Below are positions 11,040 to 25,000 of a stretch of DNA of 64,000 bases, piece by piece. The position numbers and the translations under genes are program-made. The notes beneath the pieces are model-generated. The model ran no database searches and was not told the DNA's origin. It saw only the letters and a program-made list of their open reading frames with translations. The DNA is taken from positions 124,001 through 188,000 of the forward strand of contig NW_026863846.1 of the NCBI RefSeq assembly GCF_026571515.1, read 5' to 3'. The DNA is from Ruditapes philippinarum. Lineage: Eukaryota. Numbering within the stretch: position 1 is the first letter of the stretch; every line of letters starts with the position of its first letter.

Positions 11040-14000
11040 TCAAATTTCTAAACTATTCCTTAATTTATTTGAAAAAAATATATATTTTGATAAGTTTAAC
11101 AATTGTCTTTCATTATCTGTGGACATCAGTCTATCAAATTTATTAAGAGTTGGCCACCTACAAAAATATGGTTTGAAGTATTTTTTCCTTATTTCTCGAT
11201 ATATTGGGCAGACAAGAAGAAAATGATACTCATCTTCAATTATATAATCTTGGTTGCAAAATTTACATATTCTATTAGTTCGTTCTATATTAAGATATCT
11301 ACCTCTTTCTATTTCTAAATTATGCGATGATAATCTAAATCTACTTAAGGCAATCCGAAATTTCCTTTCACTTATTGAATTTAAATATGTTTCAAAGTTA
11401 AAAGATTGTTTAAACCTACAGTAAGTAAGTAAACGTTGTGAATTGTTTATGTTTGCATACCAAGCTTGATAATAATTATCTAATATCCTTTGTTTAATTT
11501 CTAAAAATGTAAAATTTCCATTATCTTGATTTATCCATATATTTGAAAGTCCTAGATTGTTTAACATTGTTTTTTATATGAAAGGCCCAATTTGAATTAT
11601 TGTATGTTATATTATTATTGGCATCATTCTTAAGCATGATATAAATTTGTTTTTGCAAAGAGTTGTCTGATTTCAGTAAATGGATCCAATATCTTATCAT
11701 ATTTATTTTTCTAAAAATAATCATAGGAACTCTCCCTAATTCTCCGTAGAGACCAGTAGTATTAGTTGATTTATTAACATATAAAAGTTTTCGACAGAAT
11801 TTTGTATGAATAAGTTCTATATCTGTTCCTGCATTCATTCCCCAGACTTCTGAACAGTAGTTTAGTACAGTAGCAACTAGCAAATCAAACAATTTACTTT
11901 TTTTCACTAGTAGAAAATTCATACTTATCCAAAATTGAAAATAGTTTATGTAAAAATTTAGATGCATGTTCTGCAATACATTTTTTGGGTTCTATTCTAA
12001 TTTGCATTTTTGAAAAAATATACGCCTAAATATTTAAAAGAAGTAACATTTGCTAATGGAGTATTATAAAGGTAAAAGTCATAATTTGTATGTTTACTGC
12101 CTTTTTTTAAAAAATCATATTCTTAAAGTCGTTGAAGAATTTATTTTAAGACCCCATGTATTACAATATATTTCATTATCATTTATTATTGATTGTAAGG
12201 ATTCTGGTGATGTTGCAAATAACACCTGATCATCTGCGTATAAAATTAAAAATAAAATTAAATCTTTCATATGTGAATAATCCATCTAGATTAGTATTTA
12301 TATTGTCAACAATATCATTTACGAACATCATAAACATCAAAGAAGAACTCGGGTCTCCCTGTTTCACGCCCAAGTGTGAGAGAATTGGCTCAGAGAGTCT
12401 ATTATTAAACCTAATACGTAATCGAACAGTTCTATACATAGATTTTATTGCGTTTACCATTCTAGAGCTAACGTTTTCACTTAATAACTTTTGCCAGAGA
12501 GATGATCTATTTATCTTATCAAAACATTTTTCATAATCAATGAATACACTATATACTTTTTTACCAGAATTTAATAACTTTGAAATAACAGAATGCAAAA
12601 TGAAAACACAATCGACTGTACTTTTCCCTTTTTGAAATCCGAATTGATTATTAGCAATTTTCTCATATTGTATAGTCCATTTAGTTAACCTATTTAAAAG
12701 TACCTGAGAATATATTTTGGCTATTATATTATTTAAAGTTACACCACGATAGTTTTTTGCGTCAGTTTTGTCTCCGCCTTTAAATATTGGTATAATATAT
12801 CCATCTCCCCAAGCTTCAGGGTAATCAGAATTTAAGAATAATCTATTAAATATATTAAGTAAGTATGAGAAATGATATCATACGACGACTTAATAATTTC
12901 TGCGGATATACAATCGGGACCACATGCCTTAAAACTTTTTTGTCCATATACTGCGTTCCGAATTTCATTCTCGGTAATATCTTTATCTAAATTTTCATAA
13001 ATATTGGTTTCTTGTCTAAATTCTGATTCTTGATCATTAGTTTCAGGTATTTCCCCAAAAAGATTATTAAAGTGATCGTAAAGTTCATCTATTTCTATTT
13101 TTTCTTCACAGATGTTTTTACTTTTATAGCATTTTTTTATTGACTTCCAGAATGTACGCGGTTGTGTTTTTGCAATTTCTTCTAAACGTTTCGCTTCATT
13201 AATTTTAAAATTTGTTTTTGCTTTTTTCTTTATTAGATTGTATTTAGTTCTACTTTTGGTGAATTTAATTCTATTTTCATCAGTTTTATTTCTCAGAAAT
13301 AAATTCCTAGCTATTTTAAATTCTTTTTTAGCCAAGAAGCATGATTCATCAAACCATTTCGACTTTTTATGTGTCCGAATTTGTATATCCGAAACAGGGA
13401 CATCCTTTCCGAATATTTTCATAGCATTTGAATACAAATAGTTTGAAAGTGTCTCGGTCTGTGTTTTCAACAGTATAGTTATCCCAACGCAGGAATCTAT
13501 ATCAGTTTTATTTGCAAGTAGAAGTTCTAAAAAATCTTTTACTTTGTCATTATCCCAAATTATTTTGTTTTCAGTAACATTTTCTTTAACCCTGCTATAT
13601 GTCTGATCATTAAATAGACGACATTTTCTATTAAAGGTAAAATATAAAGGTGCATGATCCGAAAATTCATTCCATTCTAGAATATCAAAATCAGAAATAA
13701 AACTATAATTCAAAAAATGTGATAAAAGATAATCAGTTACACTAAGTCCACGTACTGAGCAGAAGGTAAAGTCACCTTTACCTTGATCTCCATGTATTCG
13801 ACCATTAAGTATGATATATCCTGTACTTTTACACATAGAAATTAATTTTTTTCCATTATTATCAATACAATTATCTTGATTTATACGTATTGGTATATTA
13901 CTAATTTCAACCATTAAATCATCATCATTATCAATATCAAGGTATCTATCATACTCTAAAATATCATTTAAATCGGACGTTCTTGAATTGAAGTCTCCTA

Positions 14001-14469
14001 TTACATAGACTTTCCCTAATTTACTATATTTTTCTATACCTTTTTCAATTTCTTCAAAAAAATCTACTTCTTTATGATTTAATACATTTGAGCCTTTCGG
14101 CGGAATATACAAATTGCATAAAAATACATCTTCATTGAAATCAAAAACATCATGAGAAATTTTAAGCCATATAAGTCCATCATTGTTCTTTTCAATAACA
14201 GATATTTTACTTTTTAACTTATTACGAAAATATATTGAGAGTCCTCCACTATATCGACCTTTCTTAGTTCCTTTGCTTTTATTACCAAAAATATGAACAC
14301 TGCTATATCCTTCGATATCTATATTGTATGTATGTGTTTTACTAATCCATGTTTCGCTTAACAAAATTAGGTCAAACGAATTTATGTATTTAATAAATTC
14401 ATCATCAGTTATCTTTCTCAATAAGCCATTAACATTCCATGAGATACACTTTAGCTCCTCTCGACATCC
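11040..14469 (-). pseudogene. LINE ORF2 (AP endonuclease, reverse transcriptase, Cys/His tail), frameshifted
   Basis: ISWNVNGL, LSETW, GDFNSR, SDHAP (APE); QFGF, GVKQGDP, LYADD at about 12229-12243 (RT); broken into several ORF-track pieces. Confidence 0.9.
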
Positions 14470-15584
14470 CTAGTTTGTAATTTGCTTAAATTCCTCACTG
14501 TCTTTATGTTGAACAAAAAGTCTATCACCGATCCACTTGATCTTATTTCCGGCTGCCTTTTCTCTCCGCATAATATGATTTAACGCTTGTCTTTTTTCTA
14601 GAGTTGATTTAGTGAGTTGTACTCCTACACCAGTTTTCAAAGATTTTAAATGCTCTTTTCGTTCGAAAGATGTTTTTCGGATCAATTCCCTATCCTTTAG
14701 CCGATTAAATTTTACCAAAATAGGCCTGGGTCCCTTTCCTTCTTTTGAACCAATTCTATTTACGAAATCAATTTGTATATCATCCGTTATATTCAGATTG
14801 TCTTTAATGAACCTTTTAATCGTTAGCTCACAGTCCTCGTCAACTTCTTCTTTTAATCCATAAAACATAAGATTTTCTCTTAATCCATGAAATTCCACAT
14901 CATTAACTTTTGATTCGAGTTGTTGGTTTTTTTGCTTCAAGATTGTTCACCATTTCCTGGAAATTTTTTACATTTTTCACCTAGCCTTTTAATTTCTTGC
15001 TTTGCCGACTCTAACTTCTTCTTACTTTCCTCAGTTTCCTGATTTATGAATGTACATGATGCTTCAGTTTGTTCAACTCGTATGTCAATGTCTTTGACTT
15101 TAGTTTCTAATGTATCAACTTTCAAACATACCCTATTTACGGCTTTTTCAATACTATCAATTTTAGACATTGACTTTTTAATTTGTTTCATATCGTTTAT
15201 CAAATCAGCAGCCCAAGGTGGCGGGCTGATACTCTGTACACCGGCAGCATTGAAAGGCATGTATGACTGTGGTGGCATGAATGTCATGTTTAAAGGGTTC
15301 GGAATGGGAGGGGTGTATGCCATACTGGATGGTATATTGTTATCCATTTCATAAGCCTTTGCGCCAAATTTGAAATAGTCCGGCGAAGAAGTATTAAGTC
15401 GTTTGTTTTGTTTACTCACACTTTGTGTACTGTCCGTTTCCTGACCACTGGTCAAACCGGTTTCCCTCGTTATGTGTGTAAAGTCTGTGTTATCTAAGTT
15501 TATCGGTGAAATAACTTTCCTTTTTCCTCGCTTTTTCTTCGACTCTGAGTTCGCTTTATCACTATTTATCTTCGGAGGCATCAA
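14470..15584 (-). CDS. LINE ORF1 (coiled coil plus RRM-like region), one frameshift near 14960
   Basis: Heptad-rich segment, then RENLMFYGLKE...VNRIG...RPILVKF typical of L1-type ORF1 RNA-binding domains. Confidence 0.8.
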
Positions 15585-16104
15585 GTATTAATCCTATATG
15601 TCACTCAAATAATATTCCTGTCACTTATTTTTAAATTTAACTATGCTTTAAATCAAGTTTTATTCCAAAATTTTACTGCTCGAAATTTCGTGTCTACACC
15701 CCATGTCACGTGATCTTACTCAATTGGTAAACACTTTATAACTTATCGCTATATTAACTATTGAGGTGTGAAAATTCAATTGTATAACGTAATTTCTTGG
15801 CCACTAATGTGATAATGTATTTTTTTCATACGATTTCTGCAAAATAAAAGGGGGACCGAGAAATAAATACACATGCACATGCCTTAAGTAGAAGGCGCTT
15901 ACAAACTCACGCACGCACGCGCACACACGCACGCAACAACATTTAAGTAGCCTACTACATCATAATTTGCCGATGATTTTATAGGCCTAGTATAGTTATG
16001 GTAATTAAGTACATGCATCTTGAACGGAGGTCAAAATAGAAAGCCTACTACATGTACTATCACATTTTGCTACTTGTATGATTGCCATACAAAACATTTG
16101 ACTT

Positions 16105-16482
16105 CAAGGCACATTACGCCTCAGAAACAAATAAATTTTTACTCCTTGACAAAGGGCAAACATGTGTTTTATTACATTTGAATTATGATTTAAGAGCATG
16201 TTAGATGCTTCTTACCTTAAAAACTAGTCCTAATTGTGATATTTTGATTATTTGTCATAACCAGTAGCAACATGTAAACAAAGCAATTTTATTAATTACA
16301 TACAAAATAGTAAAAATACTAAATCACTATAATTGTACAAATTGTTAAAAGCAAAATAACAGAAAAGGTGAGTCTGATAATTTGCCAGTGAGTCTCTTTT
16401 TGTAATCTAGAAAGAAATACCAAAAATTTAAAGCTTTTGAGAAATATAAACAAACGCGTTTCTAAGGCATAATGGGCCTTTA
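16105..16482. mobile_element. Probable TTAA-type MITE
   Basis: aaggcacattacgcctcagaaac / gtttctaaggcataatgggcctttaa inverted termini. Confidence 0.55.
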
Positions 16483-16977
16483 ACCAATTTCTTCGCAGCC
16501 ACTTTACACTTGCGTAAAACCTCGCTTATATAAACGTTATACACGACTGCTGACAATCTATGAAGTTTCTGTTTTTTCTCTGAAAGTAAAGCGTGCTGAA
16601 TCATAATGTTTCTTGATAGGTTATATGGCCCTTTATAAACGGTTGGCTACATATATAACCCGAGCCGCAAGACCATATAACTTGTCGAATATTTGTCTAA
16701 CTAATGGTGTTATTTCCTCAAATTTTTATTGCAGAAAAATATACAAGAAAAAAAATGTATTCTAGATATGTTTTATCTATGTGCCCAATGAATTAATATC
16801 CTGAGATTTTAGACAGTGCTTAGTAAAAATGTTTTATAACCTCGAGGCCAGGTGGTCAATGTTATAATTTCCTATTTGGATAAATTAGAATGATTCTCTT
16901 GTAATAATGATGACAATAATGAATATATCCCGGTACGATGTAAAAATTGTCAAACTAAGTCTTGTGTATCTGTTCAT

Positions 16978-17105
16978 GAAGTTTTTCCTATATTTGACCA
17001 AAGAAGTTTTTCCTATATTGGATCAGAGAAGATTTTCTATATAAGACAAGAGAAATGTTTTTCTATATTGGACCAGAGAAGTTTTTCCTATATTGGACCA
17101 GAGAA
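16978..17105. repeat. ~25-bp minisatellite (agagaagtttttcctatattggacc)
   Basis: About 5 units. Confidence 0.75.
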
Positions 17106-17469
17106 GAAATGTATAGAGCGGACAAGGTGTTTGTTTATAAAGAGAGCAATCGTACGCGTTTGTAAAGGAAATAAATCATTAGTTTCTGACAGGATATGGC
17201 CTGAATGAGATAAATATGAATAAATCTAATAAATATATACATGTATGAGATATTCCTTCTTCACATAGTTCTATGTACAGTATATAGTCTTTTCATTTTG
17301 TATTTTTAATAAACGTATTATCTTTCCAGACACGGTTATAGGAATTTACTTAATATTAGTACACATTTTTTTGTGATTTAGTTAGCAGGAAACTTTTACA
17401 ATATCAGTAATATCCAAACATGAATAAATCATTAATTTATTCAAACAATTTGACGTCAAATATGATATA

Positions 17470-18244
17470 CAGTAGAACTTCTATGAGTCGAACTTCGATT
17501 AGTCGATTTTCTCGATGTGTCGAAGAAAAATGAAAGTCCCGACTTTTCCCTCTAAATATTCCTTATAAAAACCTATTTATGAGTCGAGATTTTATGTGTC
17601 GATTTTTTCGATGTGTCGAAGTTTTTTCGTGGTCCGTGTTAAGTAAATCTAGTGCAATTTACCACAAATAAGTCGAAGTCGTTCGATTATTTTGACACCT
17701 TCGATCTCGAGACATTTTTCACACCTTATCTGGCTGCGAAGATGATTTCCAATTAACTTGTTTGACAGGTGTTAATTTCACAGCCGTGTGTTCAAAGATA
17801 AAAAGTGTGATTATATAATCGTTACTTATTTAATTGCCGTGGTGGTATTTGAAAGTAAACAGTAAGAATTACTTTCATTTGAAAACATCCTTGACCCGGT
17901 GTCGCGTGAGAATAACACGTTAAATATATTCTATAAGCTGGTTAAGTTATCGCCCTTTCGTATTGTTACGCCTTTTGCAACTCTATTGTTTACGTCATCG
18001 GGTAGCCGTGAAAAAAGTGATTTAACATGCTATATTTATCATTGTAATATTTATCATTGTAAAATGTGAATATCAGATTAATGATGGAAAAACGTGAAAT
18101 AGGTTTCGTTATATACCTTATAATAAGGACTAGTCACGGGTCGAAATTTTGTTATGAAATTGAGAGCGATTCATGAGTCGAAGTCCCGATGTGTCGAAGT
18201 TTTTACGCAAGTCCCTTCAACTTCGACTTACCGAAGTTCTACTG
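17470..18244. mobile_element. Tc1/mariner(pogo)-type MITE
   Basis: TA|cagtagaacttc ... gaagttctactg|TA; subterminal gtcga repeats. Confidence 0.85.
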
Positions 18245-18975
18245 TACTTACAAATTGTAATGTCTGTATTTTAGAGGAAATCATTCGGTAAGATTACGAC
18301 GGCCTCTTAAGTGTAATAAGTAAATAAGTGTTTAAGTCTCTCCCGTGTGGAGGAATGAAAAGGATGATAAGTATAATCAAACTCCCCGCAGCAGTTACTT
18401 CCCCTGATCAAAGCGTGACGTAACCGCTGTGAGGAGTTTGAAGTATAGAATAAATCTTAATGCTTTCTTGATTTAATTACTATATTATAGCTCTACATCA
18501 AAACTTATGTCAAGATGCTGTGTTATGATACTATTAGTATCTTAATGAATGTATTAATTAATACGAAAAATAACATGTTTTCTAATTTATTTCGTTCATT
18601 TAAATATGTTGAAGGTATTATTATAACAATATATTGTTAACAGTAATTAAAATGTCTCATTAAATATTTTTCTATACATTACATTATATAATATTCAGGA
18701 AGCGTTTATTTTAAAAGAAAACATTTGTTGACCCTGCTCATTTGAACGCATTACATTAAAACACGCGGAATGAAACGGAATATTCCGAAAGTAAACAAGC
18801 TCGTGACGTAAATCTTTGGAGCTAAATCTCTATCTATACGTGAACATATTAAATTTTAGTCCAGTATTTCATATTGATCATTATTTTACCTACACATGTA
18901 GTTCCGTTTTATTTTATTCACTGAATACAATTATTATTGTTACATATCGAAAGCATAATCTGAGAGAAAATATTA

Positions 18976-19089
18976 TTAGTTGACAATTCCTATTATAGAG
19001 CTGTCATCAGAGTTGAAGTAGACCGATCTAATGTTGTACATCAGAACGCCAGACAGTATCACCGTGACGAAAAACGCAACGCTCAGTAT
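18976..19089 (-). CDS. ZP gene exon 12 (TM plus short tail, stop)
   Basis: tttacag|, TAA at 18976-18978, AATAAA about 60 nt downstream (18908-18918). Confidence 0.85.
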   Translation of the reverse strand: MLSVAFFVTVILSGVLMYNIRSVYFNSDDSSIIGIVN

Positions 19090-22000
19090 CTGTAAATAAA
19101 AAGAAAAGTTTCAGTTTATAAGCGTTTCAGTGACACGGTGTTTGTTTGCTCAGTGTCATATTAACGCTTATTTATCTTGGAAAGGGACGAAAATGTCCCG
19201 ACATATTTTATTTATGCTCGACAGCAAAGAAGGCGTTTAGTTTTTTAGACCACTCTCGAATCCACTTCTCAAAAACTACTTACCAGTGAGTTCGGACCTC
19301 GACCCCCATAGGATTGCAGGACAAACACTAAACTACTAGGCCACAACATCCTTTTGTTCCAAGTATGACGCCAAGATCACCTCCATGAATATAATTTTTA
19401 AAGTATCGTTAATACGTCGGATGAAGGAAGAAAATGCACAACCAAGCACAGGTTTAAGCGGAACTCAAAAAAAAAGTTAAATTAAAATATGTGTAATTTA
19501 TGGTGTCTGATTTGGAACGTGTTGGCGCTAGCGACAACACGACAAACGGCCCCGTTGTCGGACTTTCGTCCTGTCGCTAACGATGCACACCAAACGGTAT
19601 GTTGTCGTGCGGCGTGTTATCGCGATGCCACATTGCCTCTTGGCTCGGTTCAAATCAAAGGACTGGCTTAGAAGCCAAGCGACAGGGCGACAATGCGCCG
19701 CACGATAACGAGCCATTTGGCGTGCTTGTCAAGAGACAGGACGACATGACGACAGTGCGACAATTTTAGAACAAGTAATCAGGGTGCAAGTATATGAAGA
19801 AAAACTCACCGTGGATATATGGATGACAACAGGTGTAACTATATTTTAAAACAAGTTATCAGAGTTCAAGTAAATAAAGAAACACTCACCGTGGATATAC
19901 CAACAAACATCATTGATTCTGGACATGAATTGGAATGTGCCTGTTTAGATCCTAAATAAACGGAAATATAACATAATTGAGCATTGGTAAAAAGATAAAA
20001 AGAATCATCTTTGAAGGAAACTGCAGGATTGCAAAGTACATATGAGCCGCGTCACGACTAAACCAACATAATGGGTTTGCGACCAGCATGGATCCAGACC
20101 AGCCTACGCATCCGCGCAGTCTGATCAGGATCCATTCTGTTCGCTATCATTTTCTCTACTTGTAATAGGGTTTGTAAACGAACAGCATGGATCCTGATCA
20201 GACTGCGCGGAAGCGCAGGCTGGTCTGGATTCATGCTGGTCGCAAACCCATTATGTTGGTTTTGTCGTGACGCGGCTCATTTAATAATAACACAATGTCT
20301 CTCGGGGTAATATTAGCAACCCGAGAATTAAAATAACACCCGGGGACGAAGCCTGAGAGACACGTGTGTTGTTGTTGTTTTGTTTTTTTAAATATATTCA
20401 CATCGTGCCAACATTTTTATCAACCAGATTTTACTGGTTTGAGTCTCGGGCAAGGTTAAATTTAAATTTCTCCTTGACAACTGACTTCAGACATTGTGTG
20501 TAATGAAATTGGTGATTACTAGCTAGATATCTGGGTAAGGCGGCATGGTGGACTGACCGACTAAAAGTCTAATGAAATTGATAATTGGTTTACACAGAAT
20601 TTTTTTTAGTTCGATTATGTAGGAAGCTATTAGCTTATAAACACACTTTCAAATCCGTTCCTCGAATCAACCAGTACTGGAGCAATGAGTGCTCAAGAAA
20701 ACAACGACTTGCCACTGTCAGGGTTTGAACCCATACGGCTAGCGATCATAAGATTACAGTCCGATGAGTTAACCACTTGGCCATGCCGACACAAATTGGT
20801 AATTGATAATTACTAGTTAGATATCTGAGTAAGCCGGTGAGGTTGACCGACCGTCTAAAAGTCTAAAGAAATTACTAGTTAGATATCTGGGTGGATCGAC
20901 CGTTTAAATATGACCGAAAATGTTTTAAATCGGTGTCAGAGCTGTATAGTATGTTATAGTAAATGACTTTAGTGTCAGAGACATAGTCCTTATATCATTT
21001 AACAATTCGGAGTCATATCTTATTATGAAAACCATGCTGATTAACAAACATAATATTTATTTTGCACTTGTCTGCTATTTCTGAAAGAAGCACACATTTA
21101 ATGTAAAAATTTACCAAGTAAGCATGTAACACAACTATAGATTATTAGAAAGGTTACCTGGTAACGAAACGCTCACCGCCACCGATACTTCTGTTGGATA
21201 CCCAGCTGTGTTGCGGGTAAATCCAGTGACCGTGTCATTAGCCTCTCTTTTCTTACGTGCACAAGCTGGGTAACCAATTCTTTCTTGAGTTTTTGTACCC
21301 TAAATAGTTTTCAAGAAACAGAAACAGAAACAACTTTAGGGAAAGATTTTAAAGAGTTAAGTACAAACACTTAAGAAAAATCTATTAACTGGGGATAGGA
21401 CCAGCTTTGACCACAGAGTCATGATTTGAAAAAATGCCACACACGCAATATCTATAGGCTATGCTTTGTAGATATAAAGGATATTTTTAAATGATTTTTT
21501 TTTTCAATATAAAAGCAAGCGACCGCGGGGCGGGGACAAGTTTTGACAAAAAGGTAATTATATGAAAAACTTGGTAGCGTGTTAAAAGAAGATGATTAAC
21601 GATCTTTATGTTCAGTCAGATACACTATCTGTGTGTTCAGTCACATACATTATTTGTCTGTTCAGTCACAAACGCTATCTTTGTGTTAAGTCACAAACAC
21701 TTACTGTGTGTTTGGTCAAATTTGCAATCTGTGTGTTAAGTCACATATGCTAAATGTGTGTTCAGACAAATTTGTTTGTTCAAAAATTATACTATCTGTG
21801 TGTTCAATCGTATTCACTATATATGTGTTCATTCAAATTTATAATCTATGTGTTCAGTCAAATTTATTATCTATGTGTTCAGTCAAATCAATTATCTATG
21901 TGTTCTGTCAAGTTTTTTATCTATCTGTTCAGTCAGATTTATTATCTAAGCGTTCAATCAAATTTATTATCTATGTGTTCAGTCAAGTTTATTATCTATG

Positions 22001-25000
22001 TGTTGAGTCAAATTTATTATCTCGTGTTCAGTCAAATGTATTATCTATGTGTTCAGTCAAATTTATTATCTATATTTTCAGTCAAGTTTATTATATATGT
22101 GTTGAGTCAAGGTTATTATCTATGTGTTCAGACAATTTTATTAACATGTGTTCAGTAAATTTATTATCTATGTGTTCAGTAAAATTTATTATCATGTGTT
22201 CAGTCAATTTATTATCTACGTGTTCAGTCAACTTTTTTATCTACGTGTTCAGTAAAAATTATTATCAATGTGTTCAGTAAAATACATAAAACCCGCTTAC
22301 ATAAATTTTGATTCTCTCGAGGATTAAAGTTAAATATTCGACAAACAAGAGCCGGTTGAACCGGGTGATGATCCCCGAATAGGTTTTGGGCACAGGAAGG
22401 TATACCTCTTGTTGCGTGAGAGTTATGTCACAGACAAAGTTCAAAGTGTAAAAACAACCAAAATATTGTGCACGACACATTGTCTCAATATGGTGATCAT
22501 TTTTGTGAAATAGTTGTAAAATCCGACTTCAAATAACAAAGTTATGCGCCGGACATGATTTTGCTGCAAGGTCATGCTGTGGCCTTGACCTTCAAAGTAG
22601 CGACCCAAATGTTGCATGCGCCACGTCGATTCAATATGGTGATCATCTGTGTGAAATAGTTGTTAAATCCGACTTCCAGTTACGAAGTTATGGGCCGGAC
22701 ACGATTTTGCTGCAAGGTCATGCCGTGACCTTGACGTTCAAGGTAGCGACCCAATTGTTGCGCGCGACACAATGTCTTATTGTGGTGTTCATTTCTGTGA
22801 AATAGTTGTAAAATCCGACTTCAAATAATGAAGTTATGTGCCGGACACAATTTTGCAGCAAGATCATGCTGTGACCTTGACCTTCAAGGTAGCCACCCAA
22901 TTGTTGCGCGCGACACGTCATCTCAATATGGTGATCATTTCTGTGAAACATTTTTAAAATCAAACTTCAAATAATGAATTTATTGGCCGGACACGATTTT
23001 GCTGCAAGGCCATGCTGTGATCTTGACCTTCAAGGTAGCGACCCAAATGTTGCGCGCAACACATCGTCTCAATATGGTGATCATTTCTGTGAAATAGTTT
23101 TGAAACCCGACTTCAAATAACAAAGTTATGGGCCGGACACGAATTCGGGACGTACGTACGTACGGACGGACGGACGGATGGACGGACGGACGGACGACCC
23201 GACGACTATATGCTCCCCCGAAATATTTCGGGAAGCATAATAAATGAGAAATTGCACAGTATCATAACCGTTATTGAAAAAAAAATTTGAGAAGAAAAAA
23301 ACAACTTACAAAACATTTCGTGTCAGACGAGGAAAAACAGTATTCAATTTCACACTTGTAGACAGTTCGGGCGACAGCATCACGAATAGCTCTCGCAAAT
23401 GACACGGCCTCCGTAGGAAAAGACCTGATCATGTAACATGTATAGTAAATATCATAACAGAGAGAATAATTTTTAATTCTTGAATAGATATAAGTATGAT
23501 ATCATATATGAAATACATAAAAAATATAACTATGATACCATATATGAAATACAGAAAAGATATAACTATAATATCATACATGAAATACAGAATATATATA
23601 ACTATGATATCATGTATGAAATATATAAAAGATATAACTATGATATCATATATGAAATACAGAAAAGATATAACTATGATATCATATATGAAATACAGAA
23701 TATATATTACCATGATATCATATATGGAATATATAAAATATATAAGTATGATATCATATATGAAATACAGAAAAGATATAAGTATGATATCATATACATT
23801 GTATTAAATACAGAATACATATTTGTATGATATCATATATGAAATACAGAATAGATATAACTATGATATAATACATGTAATATATAATAGATGTTACTAT
23901 GATATCAATTATGAAGTAAAGAATAGATGTACTTATGATATCATATATGAAATACAGAATAGATATAACTATGATATCATACATGAAATATAGAACTGAT
24001 ATATCTATAATATCATGACAGGAAAACAAAATAGATATAAATCTGATAATATTATCATATATGAAAAACAGAATTGATATAACTATGATATCATGCATGA
24101 AATACAGAATAGATATTACTTTGATATCATATATATATGAAATACAGAATTGATATCATATATGAAATACAGAACAGATATAACTTTGTTATCATAAATG
24201 AAATACAGAAAAGATATAACTATGATATCATATATGAAAAACAGAATAGATATCAGTTTGATATCATATATGAAATATAGAATAGATATCACTTTGTGTC
24301 ATATATGAAATACATAATACATGTAATTATGATATCATATATTAAATACAGAAAATATATAATTATGATATCATATATGATATATAGAATAAATATTACA
24401 ATGATATCATACATGGAATACAGAAAAGATATAACTAAAGTATCATATATGAAATACAAATTTGATATTACTATGATATCATGCATGGAATACAGAATAG
24501 ATATAACTATAATATCATATATGAAAAACAGAATTGATATTACTATGATACCATGCATGGAATACAGAAGAGATATAATTATGATATCATACATGAAATA
24601 CAGAATATATGTAACTATGATATCATGTATGAAATACAGAATAGATAAAATATGATATTATATATTGAATACAGAATAGATTTAACTAAAATACCATATA
24701 TGAGATACAGAATACACATTACTATGATATTGTATATGAAATACAGAAAAGATATAACTATGGTATCATACATAAATACAGAAAAGATGTCACTATGACA
24801 TCATATATGAAATACAGAATAGATATAAATATGACAGCATATATGAAATACAGAATAGATATTACATAGAGGATATTTGTTTGTTTTGCATGTAAGATTG
24901 AAATATAATTTCACTGAGTGAACACCAGATTCCGCGTAACGTCGCGCATTCTTCTTTGTGACGTCATCACATCATGACGTCACATCATTAATTTTGAAAT

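Larger units (their letters stand above)
10839..15722 (-). mobile_element. Full-length non-LTR retrotransposon (APE-RT LINE, RTE-X-like)
   Basis: 11-bp TSD attggtaaaca at 10828-10838 and 15723-15733; AATAAA plus (TTG)n 3' tail; ORF1 and ORF2. Clade inferred from the C-terminal SSHNLEIERGRY..CKFC..EDEYHFLLVC motif. Confidence 0.93.

Noticed and set aside
11103-15354. Plus-strand ORFs over the LINE
   Set aside because: Antisense shadows of ORF1/ORF2
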